Shown here: positions 52,155-64,000 of the stretch, one piece after another
Layout: every line of letters starts with the position of its first letter
How positions within the stretch are numbered: position 1 is the stretch's first letter
DNA from: Vitrella brassicaformis CCMP3155
Taxonomy: Eukaryota > Protista > Chromerida
Direction: 5' to 3'
Length of the DNA stretch: 64,000 nt
Assembly (NCBI GenBank): GCA_001179505.1
Contig: CDMY01000698.1
Coordinates: forward strand, 62,001 to 126,000
Made by a program: the position numbers and the translations under genes
The notes under the pieces: model-generated
The model's input: the letters and a program-made list of their open reading frames with translations, nothing else
Database searches by the model: none
Told to the model about the DNA's origin: nothing

Positions 52155-55100
52155 ATGGGTGATACGGACGTTGCGATGCAGCCGCCACCACCGTCTGAGG
52201 CGGCGGCGTCGAACCAGCCTCTTCGCTCTCTCACCGAGCCTGCCGCGAGTAGGCCTGCCGACGCATCGCTTTTCATCCCCGCAGCCGACGCCTACCTGCT
52301 TGAGGACGAAGAGAAGAACAAAGCACAGGCCCAACACAACCAGAAGATCAGGGTGGGTCCGCAAAGGAAAGGGCGAGCAATGACAGACAGATGTGACACG
52401 CCCAGACAGATGTGACACGGGAAATCACTATGGTTGTTTCTGCTCTCTTCTGATGCATGCAGGACTTGCTTACCGTTCGTCGTCAGTCGTCGCAGCAGCA
52501 GCAACCACAACAGGAGGATGACAGGCCGGCCAGCGGTGCGGACGTCATCCTCTTCTCGCCAGAGCGGCCGCCGGCACGAGCTCATAATGCAGTCGACAGA
52601 CAGACCAGCAGAAAGCGACAGAGGTGCGCATACACCGAGCAACTGACACAGAAGCGCATGTGCTGGCGATTCGTGTGCGTGTGTGCGTGTAGGAGTAGCA
52701 TGGATGCCGTGCAGCGCGTGGCGTCTGATCCATCTCTTCCCGAAATGTCACCTCTCACAGACGCGATGGAAGCCGACGACGACGTAAGGACAGCGCAAAC
52801 GCCTTTCTGTGTCCATGACCATCATGCGTGCACATCTGTGCGTGTGTGTGTGCGTGCGCGTGTGTGCGTGCGCTCCCAGGAGAGCGCGTTGCGTCCTCCG
52901 TGGTTGATGGGTGCATTCAGCGCTGCGTTGTGTCAGAATGCGGCGCTGCGGCTGCACGAGGAGATAGTTCAGTTCTGCCGCTGGATTGACCCCGCCAAGG
53001 AGGAACGCACACTCAGACGAAAGGTAGATCGAATGGCAATTGGTGACAGGGTCCGTGGGCACATCGATGCATGCATCGTTTGGCTGCTGATTCAGTTGCT
53101 GAGTCGTGTGCGGGAGGCTGTGCGGTCGATCTGGCCCAATGCGACAGTGGACGCATTTGGATCATGTACGTGTACGCCTGGATGCATACGTCCACCACAC
53201 CATTGGTCTCTCTCGGTCTGTGCACCGCGCCCCAATGATTTGTAGATCGCACTGGGCTGTACCTGCCCAATGGCGACCTCGACATCGTAGTCGACGGTGA
53301 GTCCACACGACAGACAGACAGACACATGTGCGGCCATGTGTGAACAACTGGATGTGTGTGTGTGTGTGTGTGTGTGTCAGGTCCCCCCAGTGGGCAGAAC
53401 GCGTTGAAGAAGTTGGCGAGTCACCTGCTCAAGATGAAGATAGCGCGTGCGATGGAGGTGATAACCCGCGCCAAGGTGCCGATCGTCAAGTTCATCGACA
53501 AGGAGCGGGGCGTCCCCGTCGACATCAGCTTCAACCAGCCCTCCGCCATCACCACCACTGACCTCATCGTGCAGAAGGTGCGTGAAGCAGTGAGTCGGTG
53601 CGTGGCTGCATGGGTGAGTGAGTGAGTGTGTGTTGGTCAGTTGAAGGAGTATCCCGTGTTGCGTCCGATGCTGCTGCTGCTCAAGCTGTTCCTGCAACAG
53701 GTGGGAGAGACGAGTGATGACACACACCTGTGTGCATGTGTGTATGATGTGTGGTTTCTCCTGGTCTGCGCACAGCGCAATCTCGCTGAGACGTACCGTG
53801 GCGGCGTCGGGTCGTACCTGCTCTTCGGGATGGTACACAGAGAGGCGGGGAGACCTGCGTGCACTCATGTGCGGCGTCTTCCTGCCTGCGTCCGTCAGGT
53901 GTTGAGTTTTCTGCAGCACCACCCGGCCACCAGCTCCAAGAACAGATACAAGACCACATCGCTCGGTCAGGGAGTTGAGTGCGCATCAATGAGTGCATCG
54001 ACAGGACGCTCCGAACGTCTTCTGTGTGTCTCTTCATTCCCTTGTTCATTCAGGTCACTACTTGTACGACTTCATGAAGCTCTACGGCAACGACTTGAGA
54101 TACGACGTCGTCGGCATATCGTGCGCAAACCACCCATCCAGCCACATCGACACATGGACACACAACATGTGCACGCAACTGTGCATGTGTCTCTGCTCTC
54201 TCATGTGCAGGGTGGAGGGCCGGGGACGGTACTTCAACAAGCGGCAGCGCGGCTTCTTGTACGCCGATCGACGCGACCTTCTCGCATTCGAGAGCCCACT
54301 GGTCAGCTACAGGACTGTATGCACGAATTTCGATTGCACCGATCTACTGTGTGACATACATGGTGTGTAGGATCCCGATACTGATTTGGGCCGCAATGCC
54401 TTCCAGATGCCGCGGGTGCGAGTGGCATTCCAGTTCGCATACCAGGTGACGACGCATCGACCCACCCAGCCAGCCGCCCAGCCACATCGATGGTGTTGCA
54501 ATCCCATCCCTCATGTTGCCCTCCCTCAGATGTTGAGTCGGCTGTTTCAAGGGCTGGACCCCCCGCTGGACCCCTCTGCGTCGCTGCTATGCTCGCTGGG
54601 CATCATCTCGCCGAAGGACCCGATCCTACACGCAAGAAGGAGACCGTGGCCGCCACCTGACAACGAGGTCAGTGAGGGAGTGAGTCAGCCAGACAAAGAA
54701 CCACACAATGCATCTGTGCATGATCTCTCCGTGTGCGTATGTGTGTGTACCTGTACCCACTGTTCAGTCGCTGGGAGTGGGTGTGGGCATCTTTGTGGAT
54801 CATGCCCAGGAGGCCAAGAAGGAGGAGGACGCCGAGAAGAAGGGCAGGATTCGCGACCCCAATGCGCGCAGAGCAAGTATGAGCCGTAAACGCAACACAC
54901 ACCACACACCACACAAATCACGGGTGCTCCCGCCTGTAGGCACGCCCAGCAACTCCATCATGATCGACACCTCGTCGGCCCTCCCTGCACCAGCTGCTGC
55001 AGCGCCCGCAGCGGCGTCATCAGCACGCCCCGCAGCCAGCCACCCACACCGCCACAACCAGCTCCAGCACCAGCGGCAGCAGCGAGTCGAGCCGGAGGTG

Positions 55101-55262
55101 ATCGACCTGGAGGCAGAGGACTACGAACCACCAGCACCACCACCAATGGCACAGCAGCAGCAGCAGCAGAGGGGTCCGGTGCCGATATACCTGGAGGCAT
55201 TGTCGTCCAGCGATGAGAGTGAGCAGCAGAAGCGGCGGTTCAAGAGGGGCAGGACGGGGTGA
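52155..55262 (+). CDS. PAPD5: Non-canonical poly(A) polymerase, TRF4/PAPD5 (TENT4) type
   Basis: LHEEI..F; FGSYRTGLYLPNGDLDIVV (nucleotidyltransferase signature); AKVPIVKF..VPVDISFN; LLKLFLQQRNL.ETY.GGVGSY; LAFESPLDPDTDLGRNAF; all introns in phase. Confidence 0.9.
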
Positions 55263-55690
55263 CTGGCTGGGGGACGGGGCCAAGGGGGAGGGAGAGGAGG
55301 GAGAGAAGGGAGAGGAGAGAGAGGTGGGAGTGGTCCAGTACTACGTCGTGTTGTTGGCTTACAGGCTGGTGGATTTGTGGGCGGGAGAGAGGTGCACTAC
55401 CTGTATGGTATGCCGTGTTTGGGAGGGTGTGGTTTTGCTATCGGGTGAGTCTGCCTGTGAGTCGAGTGGAGTGGACCTTCCTCGGTGTTTTTGATGTGAA
55501 TGCCACGTCAAATCGAATCGATTTCACATCCCGAATGGTGCATCCACACACACACAGAAGATTGCCTGCGGTCCGTCACGGTCCGTCAAAGTTCGCACAA
55601 CCATCCGGCACACGGTGTCGCATTCATTTCCCGCCCCTTCAAACCCCCCACACCCACACACAGCTCGCCCACCCACGCCAGTGATCCCGC

Positions 55691-56223
55691 CTAGCCGGTG
55701 TTTCTGGTGTAGATTTGCTGCGCGTGGTGGTGGTCGCCCACCATCTTGATCAAACCCTTGGCCTTCAAGTCACGGATGGCCGCACGGGCGAGGCTACCTG
55801 CGTACACATGGGCCCACACCCACACCCACACCATATGCGTCATGCGGCGAGTGTGTGTAGTTTTGGCGGTTGGGAGGTTGGGCTGACTGGCGTACCGTTG
55901 ACTTTGAGTCGTTCAGCGATGATGGCTGGCGTGATGAGTTTGGCCTTGGGGATCTCCTTCATGAGCTTGTCGAAGGTCTCCTTGTCAAACATGACCGCAT
56001 TGTTGGCCTTCTCGCGGACCTTGCCCTTCGACCACTTCTGCACTCGCCAACGCACACGCACCACCCAGACACACACACACACACACACCACATCAGCTGT
56101 GTGTCCGTCGTTGCGTGTGTGGTGTGTGGTGTGTGGTTGTGAGCGTGCCTTCTTCTTTTGCCTCCCTCCTGCCGCGGCGGCCTTGGCTTTGGCCTCCTTG
56201 GACTTCTGCACCTTGGGAGCCAT
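55691..56223 (-). CDS. RPS25: 40S ribosomal protein S25 (eS25)
   Basis: [64 protein letters not shown]; two introns, the first GC-AG. Confidence 0.95.
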
Positions 56224-56620
56224 CCTCGCTCACACTGACAGCAACACCACACACAAGCAACAACCACAACCGGTGTGCCACACCTTCTGACGAGGTCTCG
56301 GCTGCTACGCTGGCTCGACACAGCTTCCTGACCGTCCCAATGCCCCCTCTGATCACGCTATCGCCCTCCATGATGCCTGGTCTTCCCTCACGTCCCCTGG
56401 CTGCACAGATCTGCCTCTCTGCGGTCATGTGTCGGCTTATCTGTCTGAACCGCCTTCTCTGTCGTGTGCTAAGTGCCTGTGCGCTCACCAGGAAGGCCTC
56501 TTGGGCTCAGACTGCGAGCTTGCACAGCTTATCAGCGGTTTCAGGGAGCACCCTAGGCGGCTCGTGGGTCACAGAGAGAGTCTCGTCAAACACAATAACC
56601 AACCAACCAACCGCCGCCTC

Positions 56621-59600
56621 ATGAATCGGAAGGGCCACAATGAGGCCCCTGAGCTGCTGAGCCAGACCGCCAACGATGCCATTGGCGCAGATCTCCTTTC
56701 GTCATCGGGCGAGGCCTTCACAGGGGCAGTGCGGAAGTTCGTCGGTGCGTGCATCAATTGCCGCCTTACTGTCGCGCAGGTCCGAGGTGTGACCGCCCGG
56801 CTTCTCGACAAAGATGCTCTGCGTCGCATCCTGGTGCGGCTGACGGACGACAGCGACAAAGAGACCCACCTGGCTGCGGCAGATCTGCTCGGAGTTCTTT
56901 TTATAGAGATCGAGGCCGATCTTGCAGCATTGCAGCAATCTCAGCTGGTCGATGTGGCTGCTGTCATTGTGGACGTGGTGACCTGGAGGCAGGCCGCAGA
57001 GGGCGGCAGCCGCTGCTATGGGCCTGACGAGAGCCTATACGTCAAACACATCCTCAAAGCTGATGCTGCAGTGGATGTCATGACGCCGGTGCGACTGGGG
57101 CTTCTTGCCTCGGTGCTTCGGGCCCTGCGTGCCGCTGCACCCGAGGAGGGCGCTCGTCTCCGAGACTCAGTGCTCGCCAACCATCAGACCACCATCAAGC
57201 AGTGTCTGAAGGTCATCCGCACCGATACCGATGGGTCTCCGGCGTTTTCCGCTTCGGCACCGGCGTTTTCCGTCGTGAAATTGCTGCTGCAGCCTGTCAA
57301 CCCATCGTCATCTTCCCCCGATGCGGACCCCACGCCCATTCCCCTCCACCTCTCCCTCCCTTTATTCACACTGCTGACGGACCAGCTGATGTCCCTGGCG
57401 GAAGGGGCGACCTGCATGGATGCACAGAGGTGGTCGTATGTAGCTGTTCTACCTCCTCTGCTTGCCCACGCAGCCTCAGAGAGGCAGAGCAGATGTAAGA
57501 TGCAAACACACAAGAGCTGATGGAGTAGAAATGAGCACTTAGCCCGTGTCGTGTGTGTGTCCGTTCATCAGCTCTGCGCCAGAAGGACGTGAGGCGGCTG
57601 CTCGAACAGCACCTTTGTGCACACGTGGACACGCTCGTGAGACTCATCACCTCGGCGGAAGGAGGGACGTTGGCTGTGGCGGCGGCCACACTGGGTGCAA
57701 TCACAGTGTGCGCCGCTGCTTTGAGCACTCAATCGCGCCACCCCTTCCCCCTGTTGTCATGCCGGCCGCTGCTTGACAACCCCTCGCTGATCATCAGAGC
57801 CGTTGAAGCGGCAAGTGCCCTTCGTGACCGGGACATCGAGCTGCCGCCAACCGCCTACTCCGCAATACTCGGCTGTATGATGATACCGGCAGGATTCGCT
57901 ATCGGTCAGACAGAATGGCCATTAAGAGGGAGGGAGAGAGAGAGAGAGAGAGAGGGGCGCAGGAGGGACACAAAGTGAGATGTAAAGCTAGGGCTGGGTG
58001 TATGCTGTGTTTCCCTTCACAGATTCGGGAGACGTTGGCCCAGGTCGTCGGGTGGTAGAAGCTGTCTGCCAGCTATTGACCGAATCTGTGGGGCCGGTAC
58101 CTGTCGACTGCATCGTCGACGTCCTCCAGCAGTTGATCAAGTGAGCGGAGGATTGACGGTGGGAGCTGGCCCTACAGGCTGCATGCATGCGTGTCTGTCA
58201 TGGGCTGTCCTGCAGAGGGGGTCATGAGTTGGTCACTAAGGGCAAGGCCACAAGCAACCCGTTCGTCGATCAGATCGTTCAGGTGAGTGCAAGCATTCAC
58301 CCGCGGGTCGATAGCAACGTGTCCGTGTCTGTCTGTGTGGTTTACTGCCAGTGTGAGGCCGTCCAGCAGCTGAGAGGCCGCCGTGACCTGTCAGCAGAGG
58401 TGAGGGACGAAGCCAATGAGACCACACTACCAAACAAGGTGGGTCGGTGATGCCATCCTCCCGTTTCTATAGGTGTCGTCGTTCATCGATTCGCTACCCA
58501 AGGCGGCCAGCGCGTGCAGCAGCTCAGCCGCGGCGGACCGATCGCGCCGCCCGGTCAAGCCCAAGACAGCCACTCAGACTCATCATGCGTCAGGTCCGCC
58601 CTCGCCGCCTCACCCATCGACATCGTCTGGCGGCCTCGATGGGCTGGAGGACGGCCTCTTCTCGGACGACATCGACACATTCACTGCGGCAGTCAAAGAC
58701 GTTGCCGGCTGCCTTGGTAGCGCAACGGGTGCCGAAATCGATGCATTTGTCAGGCGGTTGGCGGTGAGGTTTGGCAAGGACAGGGAGGCCTTCCGCCGCA
58801 TCCTGACGTGTCTGGTGGACGGCAGCAATGCCAAGTCTACTCTTCAGCTGGTGATTGGCGCCGTACTCGACATCCCCTTCTCGAGAGGCCTCCTGTCCTT
58901 CATGCCCTCGTCAAATCGGGTTGCGGCCATCCAGGACATCTTCGAGATCGTCACATGGAAGCAGCTTGAGGAGGGAGGAGGGGAGGGGGGTGACCTGGGC
59001 GGGGAGGTCGACAGCAACATCGCGTCTGCTTTCGTCCAGGCATCGTCAGCCGACGAGCCGCTGCCCCGTGCCATCGATGTGGTGACATATGCGAGACTGC
59101 GCTTTATTCGATACGCTCTTGAGGCGGCCACCGCCCTTGAAGCTTCAGGAGGGCCGCAGCTCCGCGCGAGCTTCCTTCAGACCCACCAAACGACCCTCCG
59201 GCAGGCGATGAGTCTCATTTGTGAGCGCAGACACGCACGTGTCGTTAACGAGGCCTTCGTGATGCTGAAGAACCTGTTCGCGACCAGCCCCGTCGGCCCA
59301 TCATTTCAACTCGTGCTCGAGTTCTTCTCCATTTTCGTCGAGAGCCTGAAGCAGCTGACTGATGAGCGACCAGTGGGGACGTGCCGCTTCTTACTGCCGC
59401 TGGTCCATGCCGCAGAGTATCTACGGGACTCCCCACGAGAAGGTCAGAAAAGTGCACGTTGAAATGCTCTTTGAACGAGGCTGCTGTCCTTTGTCTTGGC
59501 AGGTATCGTGACGGAGTGGCCGGCCATCAAGGCGGCTCTCAACACACACGTCTACGCGCACATAGACACGCTGCTGAACCGCATCGCGGCGTCCGATCCT

Positions 59601-62600
59601 TCCTCTCCCCTGTGCTTGGCGGCGATCTCCACCGTGGGAGCTCTCCTCCTGGCCGCCATCGTCCTCTGCGTCCGAAAGAAGAAAGGTAGGCAATGGAAGG
59701 GATGGCGTGGGAGCGTCCGTCATGCACCTGGACTGCGTGTGTGTCTACGGGTGTGGGTGCTATTGGGGAAGGCCAATTATGGGACCTGATCGAACAGAAC
59801 GGTGTGGCCAAGATCACGGCCGCTGCCCCTCTGCCGATGCAGCCGCTTAGTCGTCTCATTTTGGATGCCGCCATCCGCGACAAGGTGGTGAACGCATTGG
59901 GCATGGACTACACGTACAAGGGTATGCCGATCTCCCTCGGACTGTTCACAGCGACCGCTCTGCTGATGCCGGCGATGGCCATGATAGGTCCGTCTGTGAG
60001 CTCGTGAAGCTCCTAAAGTCCCTCAACTATGTGTGTGTGAGTGTGTGTATTGGGGTGTGTGTGTGCAGATGGTGGGGAGGCTGGCCTTGTGGTCGAGTCG
60101 GGCTTTATGTCCACCCTCATCTCACTCCTGGACAACGCCGAGAGGACGGGCGTGACTATGATGAACCTCTGCATGATTTGTGTCAAGACGCTCAGTCAGA
60201 GAGATCGAAAGGTCAGCAAAGGAAGGTCACGGACCTCCCATCTCATTTGGACGAGAGTGCTGCGGTGGTGCGTTTGTTTGTGTGTAGGTGTTGGGGACCG
60301 ATGGACTGGCAGAGGCCATATGTGGCATGCTGGTCAAAGACGCACAAGGACATCTCAGTGCAGAGGAGTGGGCGGGTATCACTGACAGTGAACGCAAGAC
60401 GGCTGTCGACATTCTCAAGAGCATCGTCAGGTGAGCCATGTGCTGCAGACAAGGAGGGCCGGCACATCCATTAGTGTGTCTGTTTGTCGCTGTGTGATGC
60501 ATGTCAGCTATGGCAAGTCGCTGGTCGCCAGAGGCACACCGAATCCCATCGTCGGGCAGATACTGCAGGTACGTTAACCGAGGGTCGTGTGTGCTGTGCC
60601 CTCCTGACTGACTGACTGTGTGCCACCATGTCAGTTCGAGTCGGTCAAGGCGGTCCGGAAGCGCAGCAGCGGCACGAAGGCGTCTTCACAAGTGAGCAAC
60701 GCTCCTGCACAGCACGAGACTCTCCTCTCCACCCATCTCTGTGCCCCAACAGGTCTTGGAATTCTTCACTTCCCTCGCCCAGCAGCACCAGAAGGACACC
60801 AAGGCCAAGCCCGAAACCGCCATCTCGGCCGCCCAGTTGGCGGCCCAGGAGGCCAAGGCGAAGCGGATGCAAGAGGCCCTCCTCGCCGAGGAGCGACGTG
60901 AGAAGGAGGCCAAAGAGAAAAAGGGCAAGGGCAAAAAGCGAACAAGGGCGGCAAGGGACACCACCAGCAGCAGCAGCAGGAGGCTGCAGCTGGGGATGCG
61001 GCGAGCCCCTCCGATGCGGTGATTGAGCCATCGGTGCCCTCCACCGCCGCATCCACCAGGTAGGAAAGCCATCCACACCAAAGACCATGGCTGGCGGGAG
61101 TGTTTACCTCATGTGTGTGTGTGCAGTCGGGCTTCTGCTGCGGATGAGGTTGAGGCGAGTCAGCCGGAGCCCTCTTCGTCCATCGCCGACACGTGAGCAA
61201 TCCACCCACTTGACGAGATGCCCCGGCACATTCGCTTCCTCTGTGTGCGTGTCGATCTCTTTCTTTGCAGGTCTGGTGCGTCTGGTGTGCCATCCGTGTC
61301 AGCCGCTGCGGGCAGCGACCGGCCTGGTGATGGTGGCGATGCAGCAAAGTCGGCGGCTGGTGGAAGCGACGGTGACAGTGATGATGAGGACGGCGACGCT
61401 ATGCTGCTCAACTCGGCATTCGGGCAACACGCACGGCAACAGCTGAGCGAGGGCAAGAAGAAGAATAGCAAAGGCAAACACGCCACCAAGCCCACTCCGA
61501 AGCCCACAACTCAGCCGAGCCAGCCGCCCAGCCCCTCACTCCCACCAGCACTCCGGACCACTCAGACGGGGCAAACGGGCCGCCCTGCACCTGCCGCCAA
61601 TGAGGACCGTTATCGCGGCGGCAATGCCCCCATTCGGATGCCCGCCCCCATTCCCCTCTCAAGCGCCCAGTTCCCCAAGGGCCGCTTCAAGTCGTCACCT
61701 GGCAATGGGGGGCTGGCCCCTCCTCTGCCGAAGCGTCCATCGCCACTGCTGTCTGACGATGACAGTCCGTCTGGCGGTGTGTCGCCTCCCTTTCGGCATG
61801 TGGGAGGTCGTGGGGCGGGGAGGGGCCTCATAACGATGTTTTCCCCCCACCCGCCCCCTCCTCCCTCCATCCCCCACCGACTCCCGTCGGCCGAGGAGCT
61901 GCGCACCAGGCCGTCGCTGCAGCAGCAGAGCGACAAGACGACCGACTGCAGCCGACACGTGGCGAGGGGCCGAGATGAGATGGCCGCACACAATGAGCGC
62001 TGTGATCCGATCGCAATGATCGCTTTTTCCCCTACTGTGTGTCCCAGTCTGTCTACTGGTGGTCCTTCGCTGAGTCGCTTCTTCGCCAATGCGCCTGTCG
62101 GGCCAGTACCACCGGCTGCTGCTGCCGCTGCTGGTGGTCGTGGCGCTGGTGGGCTGTCGGCAGATCCATTCTATGACAGTGGCGGTGACGACATGTACTG
62201 CGTGCCGCCGCCGCCGGCCTTTCCACCGCCGCCCCCACCACAGCCACCGATCGACCCAAAGTAACACGGGCATGTGATGTCTGTCAGCAACGATTTCATT
62301 GATTTCTTGTCGCCTGCTTTGGCGTGCAGTGGTTTCCATCCGATTGGTTCCCCTATCCCTGTCAGCTACAATGGCGGCCCACAGCCGTCCGGCGCTCCTT
62401 CCGCACATCCATTTGGTTTCCCCAATCTTGTCCCGTATAGCCCAACCCCAGCTGCTGCCGCTGCCGCTACAGCTAGTGATGGTGGTGGTGGGCTGTCGGC
62501 TAACCCCTTCTATGGCTATGACAGTGGTGATGATGAAGACATGTATGTGCCGCCCCCGCCGCCCATTTTCGAGTATGAGGAGGCAGGATACCAGCCGCCC

Positions 62601-63479
62601 TCAACGAGCAGCGCAGCCGACCCCTTCGCTGCGGCTGAGACGGCCTGGGCTATTCAGGGCGGCAATGGCGGCCCGTCCAGGGGGTACACAGAGGCAGGCA
62701 GAGACGAGAGGGAACGATAGCACGTATCACTCTGTTCCCTGGCTGCTACGTGCTTGTGTGTAGGTTTGGTGCGGTGATGGGCGCCGCGGCGGCCTCCAAC
62801 AGCGAGCATCTGGTGGACCAGCTATGCCGCCAACTGGAGCAGACTCAGCAGGAGGCCAAACAAAAGGACCAGGAGGCCAAGCGGAGGGCTCGAGAGGTGC
62901 AGGAGGCTAAGGAGAAGGAGGAGGCGCTAGTACGGCAGCTGCAAGAGGCGCAATGGACGTAAGTGCGATTTTCGCATATCGCATATCTCATTCACTTCGT
63001 TCAATGGTGTCCTGCTTGACAGGATTGCCAAAATGGCCGCAAAGCAGTCATCGCACCACCACCAGCCCTCCTCGTCCAGCAGCAGCTCATCGGCACCACC
63101 CCCACCCACACACCAGCCACAGCAGCCACAGCAGCCACAGCCCCAGGGTGGCGAGTGCAGTCTGTGCATGGACGCGCCCGCGTCGGTCGTCTACATGCCC
63201 TGCCGACACCTCCGGGTGTGCCCCAAGTGCTACGATGCCAACAAGGCCAGAGTGCACCGCAATCTCAGCCGCGTGAGGGCCGAGAACGACCGACGCAAGA
63301 AGGAGAATGAGGAGCGCAAGAGGCAGAACGAGGGCCGCGAGGAGGACAAACAGCTGCCGATGGTGAAGCTGCTGGAGGAGCCCCACTATGTGTGTGAGCA
63401 CTGCAATGGCAGGGTGGAGTTCGGTGGCTCGGTGGAGGAAGCCATGCAGTGGGTGGCCAACAACCTTCTCACTGCCTGA
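56621..63479 (+). CDS. Large helical (ARM/HEAT-like) repeat protein with low-complexity region, coiled coil and C-terminal C3HC4-type RING; putative E3 ligase
   Basis: About 17 introns in phase; duplicated helical module; EERREKEAKEKK coiled coil; CSLC..PCRHLRVCPKC..(54 aa)..CEHC; one frame break at the A-run 60933-60937. Start uncertain. Confidence 0.75.
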
Positions 63480-64000
63480 CACACAGACAGACACGCAGAC
63501 AGACAGTCGTGGCTTGGGGAGAGAGGGATGGTGTGTGTTCGCTTGTGGGTTGGGGAGGTCAGTCTGTGTGCCCTTAGCGCCGGAGGGAGGGAGGGAGGGA
63601 GGGAGAGTTGGGGGTGGGTGTCTCTCAAGTACTAGCGTTATGTAGCGCGAGCAACGTGTGAGCCAAAGATCCCATCGCTCACCACGTCTGTGTGTGTATA
63701 CCTATCTGTATTTGTGTTGAAACCATCTAGAAGAGGGCCGGGCGGGTGCTTCAGCCCCAGGTTTAAGTCATTGCACGGACGATGGTGGAGTGAGTCGGGA
63801 GAAAGGAGGGCTGGCGAGCGTCGGTGAGCGGTGGAGGGCAACAGGCAGGCGCAGATATCCGTTGCCGGCCATGTTTGTCTGTCGCGGGTGCTTAGGTACG
63901 TGTGTGCCATTTATATGTGTGGGTCCGTTTTTGTCTGACTCCTCATCCCTCTCATCCCATGGCGCCAGTGTCTTAGGTGTGTTTGTCCCGTCCCGGCCGG

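Overview
Intron-dense, GC-rich eukaryotic DNA. The short introns packed with (CA)/(GT)/(GACA)/(GGAT) microsatellites, together with the gene content, suggest a chromerid alveolate such as Vitrella brassicaformis (inference). I spliced about 17 genes by hand. In order: a 5'-truncated fibrocystin-L/PKHD1L1-like giant; a multi-TM + LRR protein; TFIIH p34/TFB4 head-to-head with an LDH-like malate dehydrogenase; a small membrane protein; three paralogues of an atypical (pseudo)kinase, two of them forming an inverted duplication around two unknown genes; a Cys-rich Zn-finger protein with a duplicated start exon; a USP35/38-like deubiquitinase; two paralogous secreted proteins of an apparently uncharacterised family; a TRF4/PAPD5-type poly(A) polymerase; RPS25; and a large helical-repeat protein ending in a split RING finger. 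The most notable non-gene signal is a recurrent intron polarity: AC/AG-rich 5' half and GT/CT-rich 3' half on both strands, which could fold introns into splice-site-bridging hairpins. There are also at least six GC-AG introns and six single-base frame breaks in otherwise clean ORFs; these are most likely assembly indels, but two could be 16-nt micro-introns. No prokaryotic elements, CRISPR, rRNA or tRNA were seen. Two 300-N gaps are present. Exon boundaries and family calls are by eye and from recall, not from database searches.
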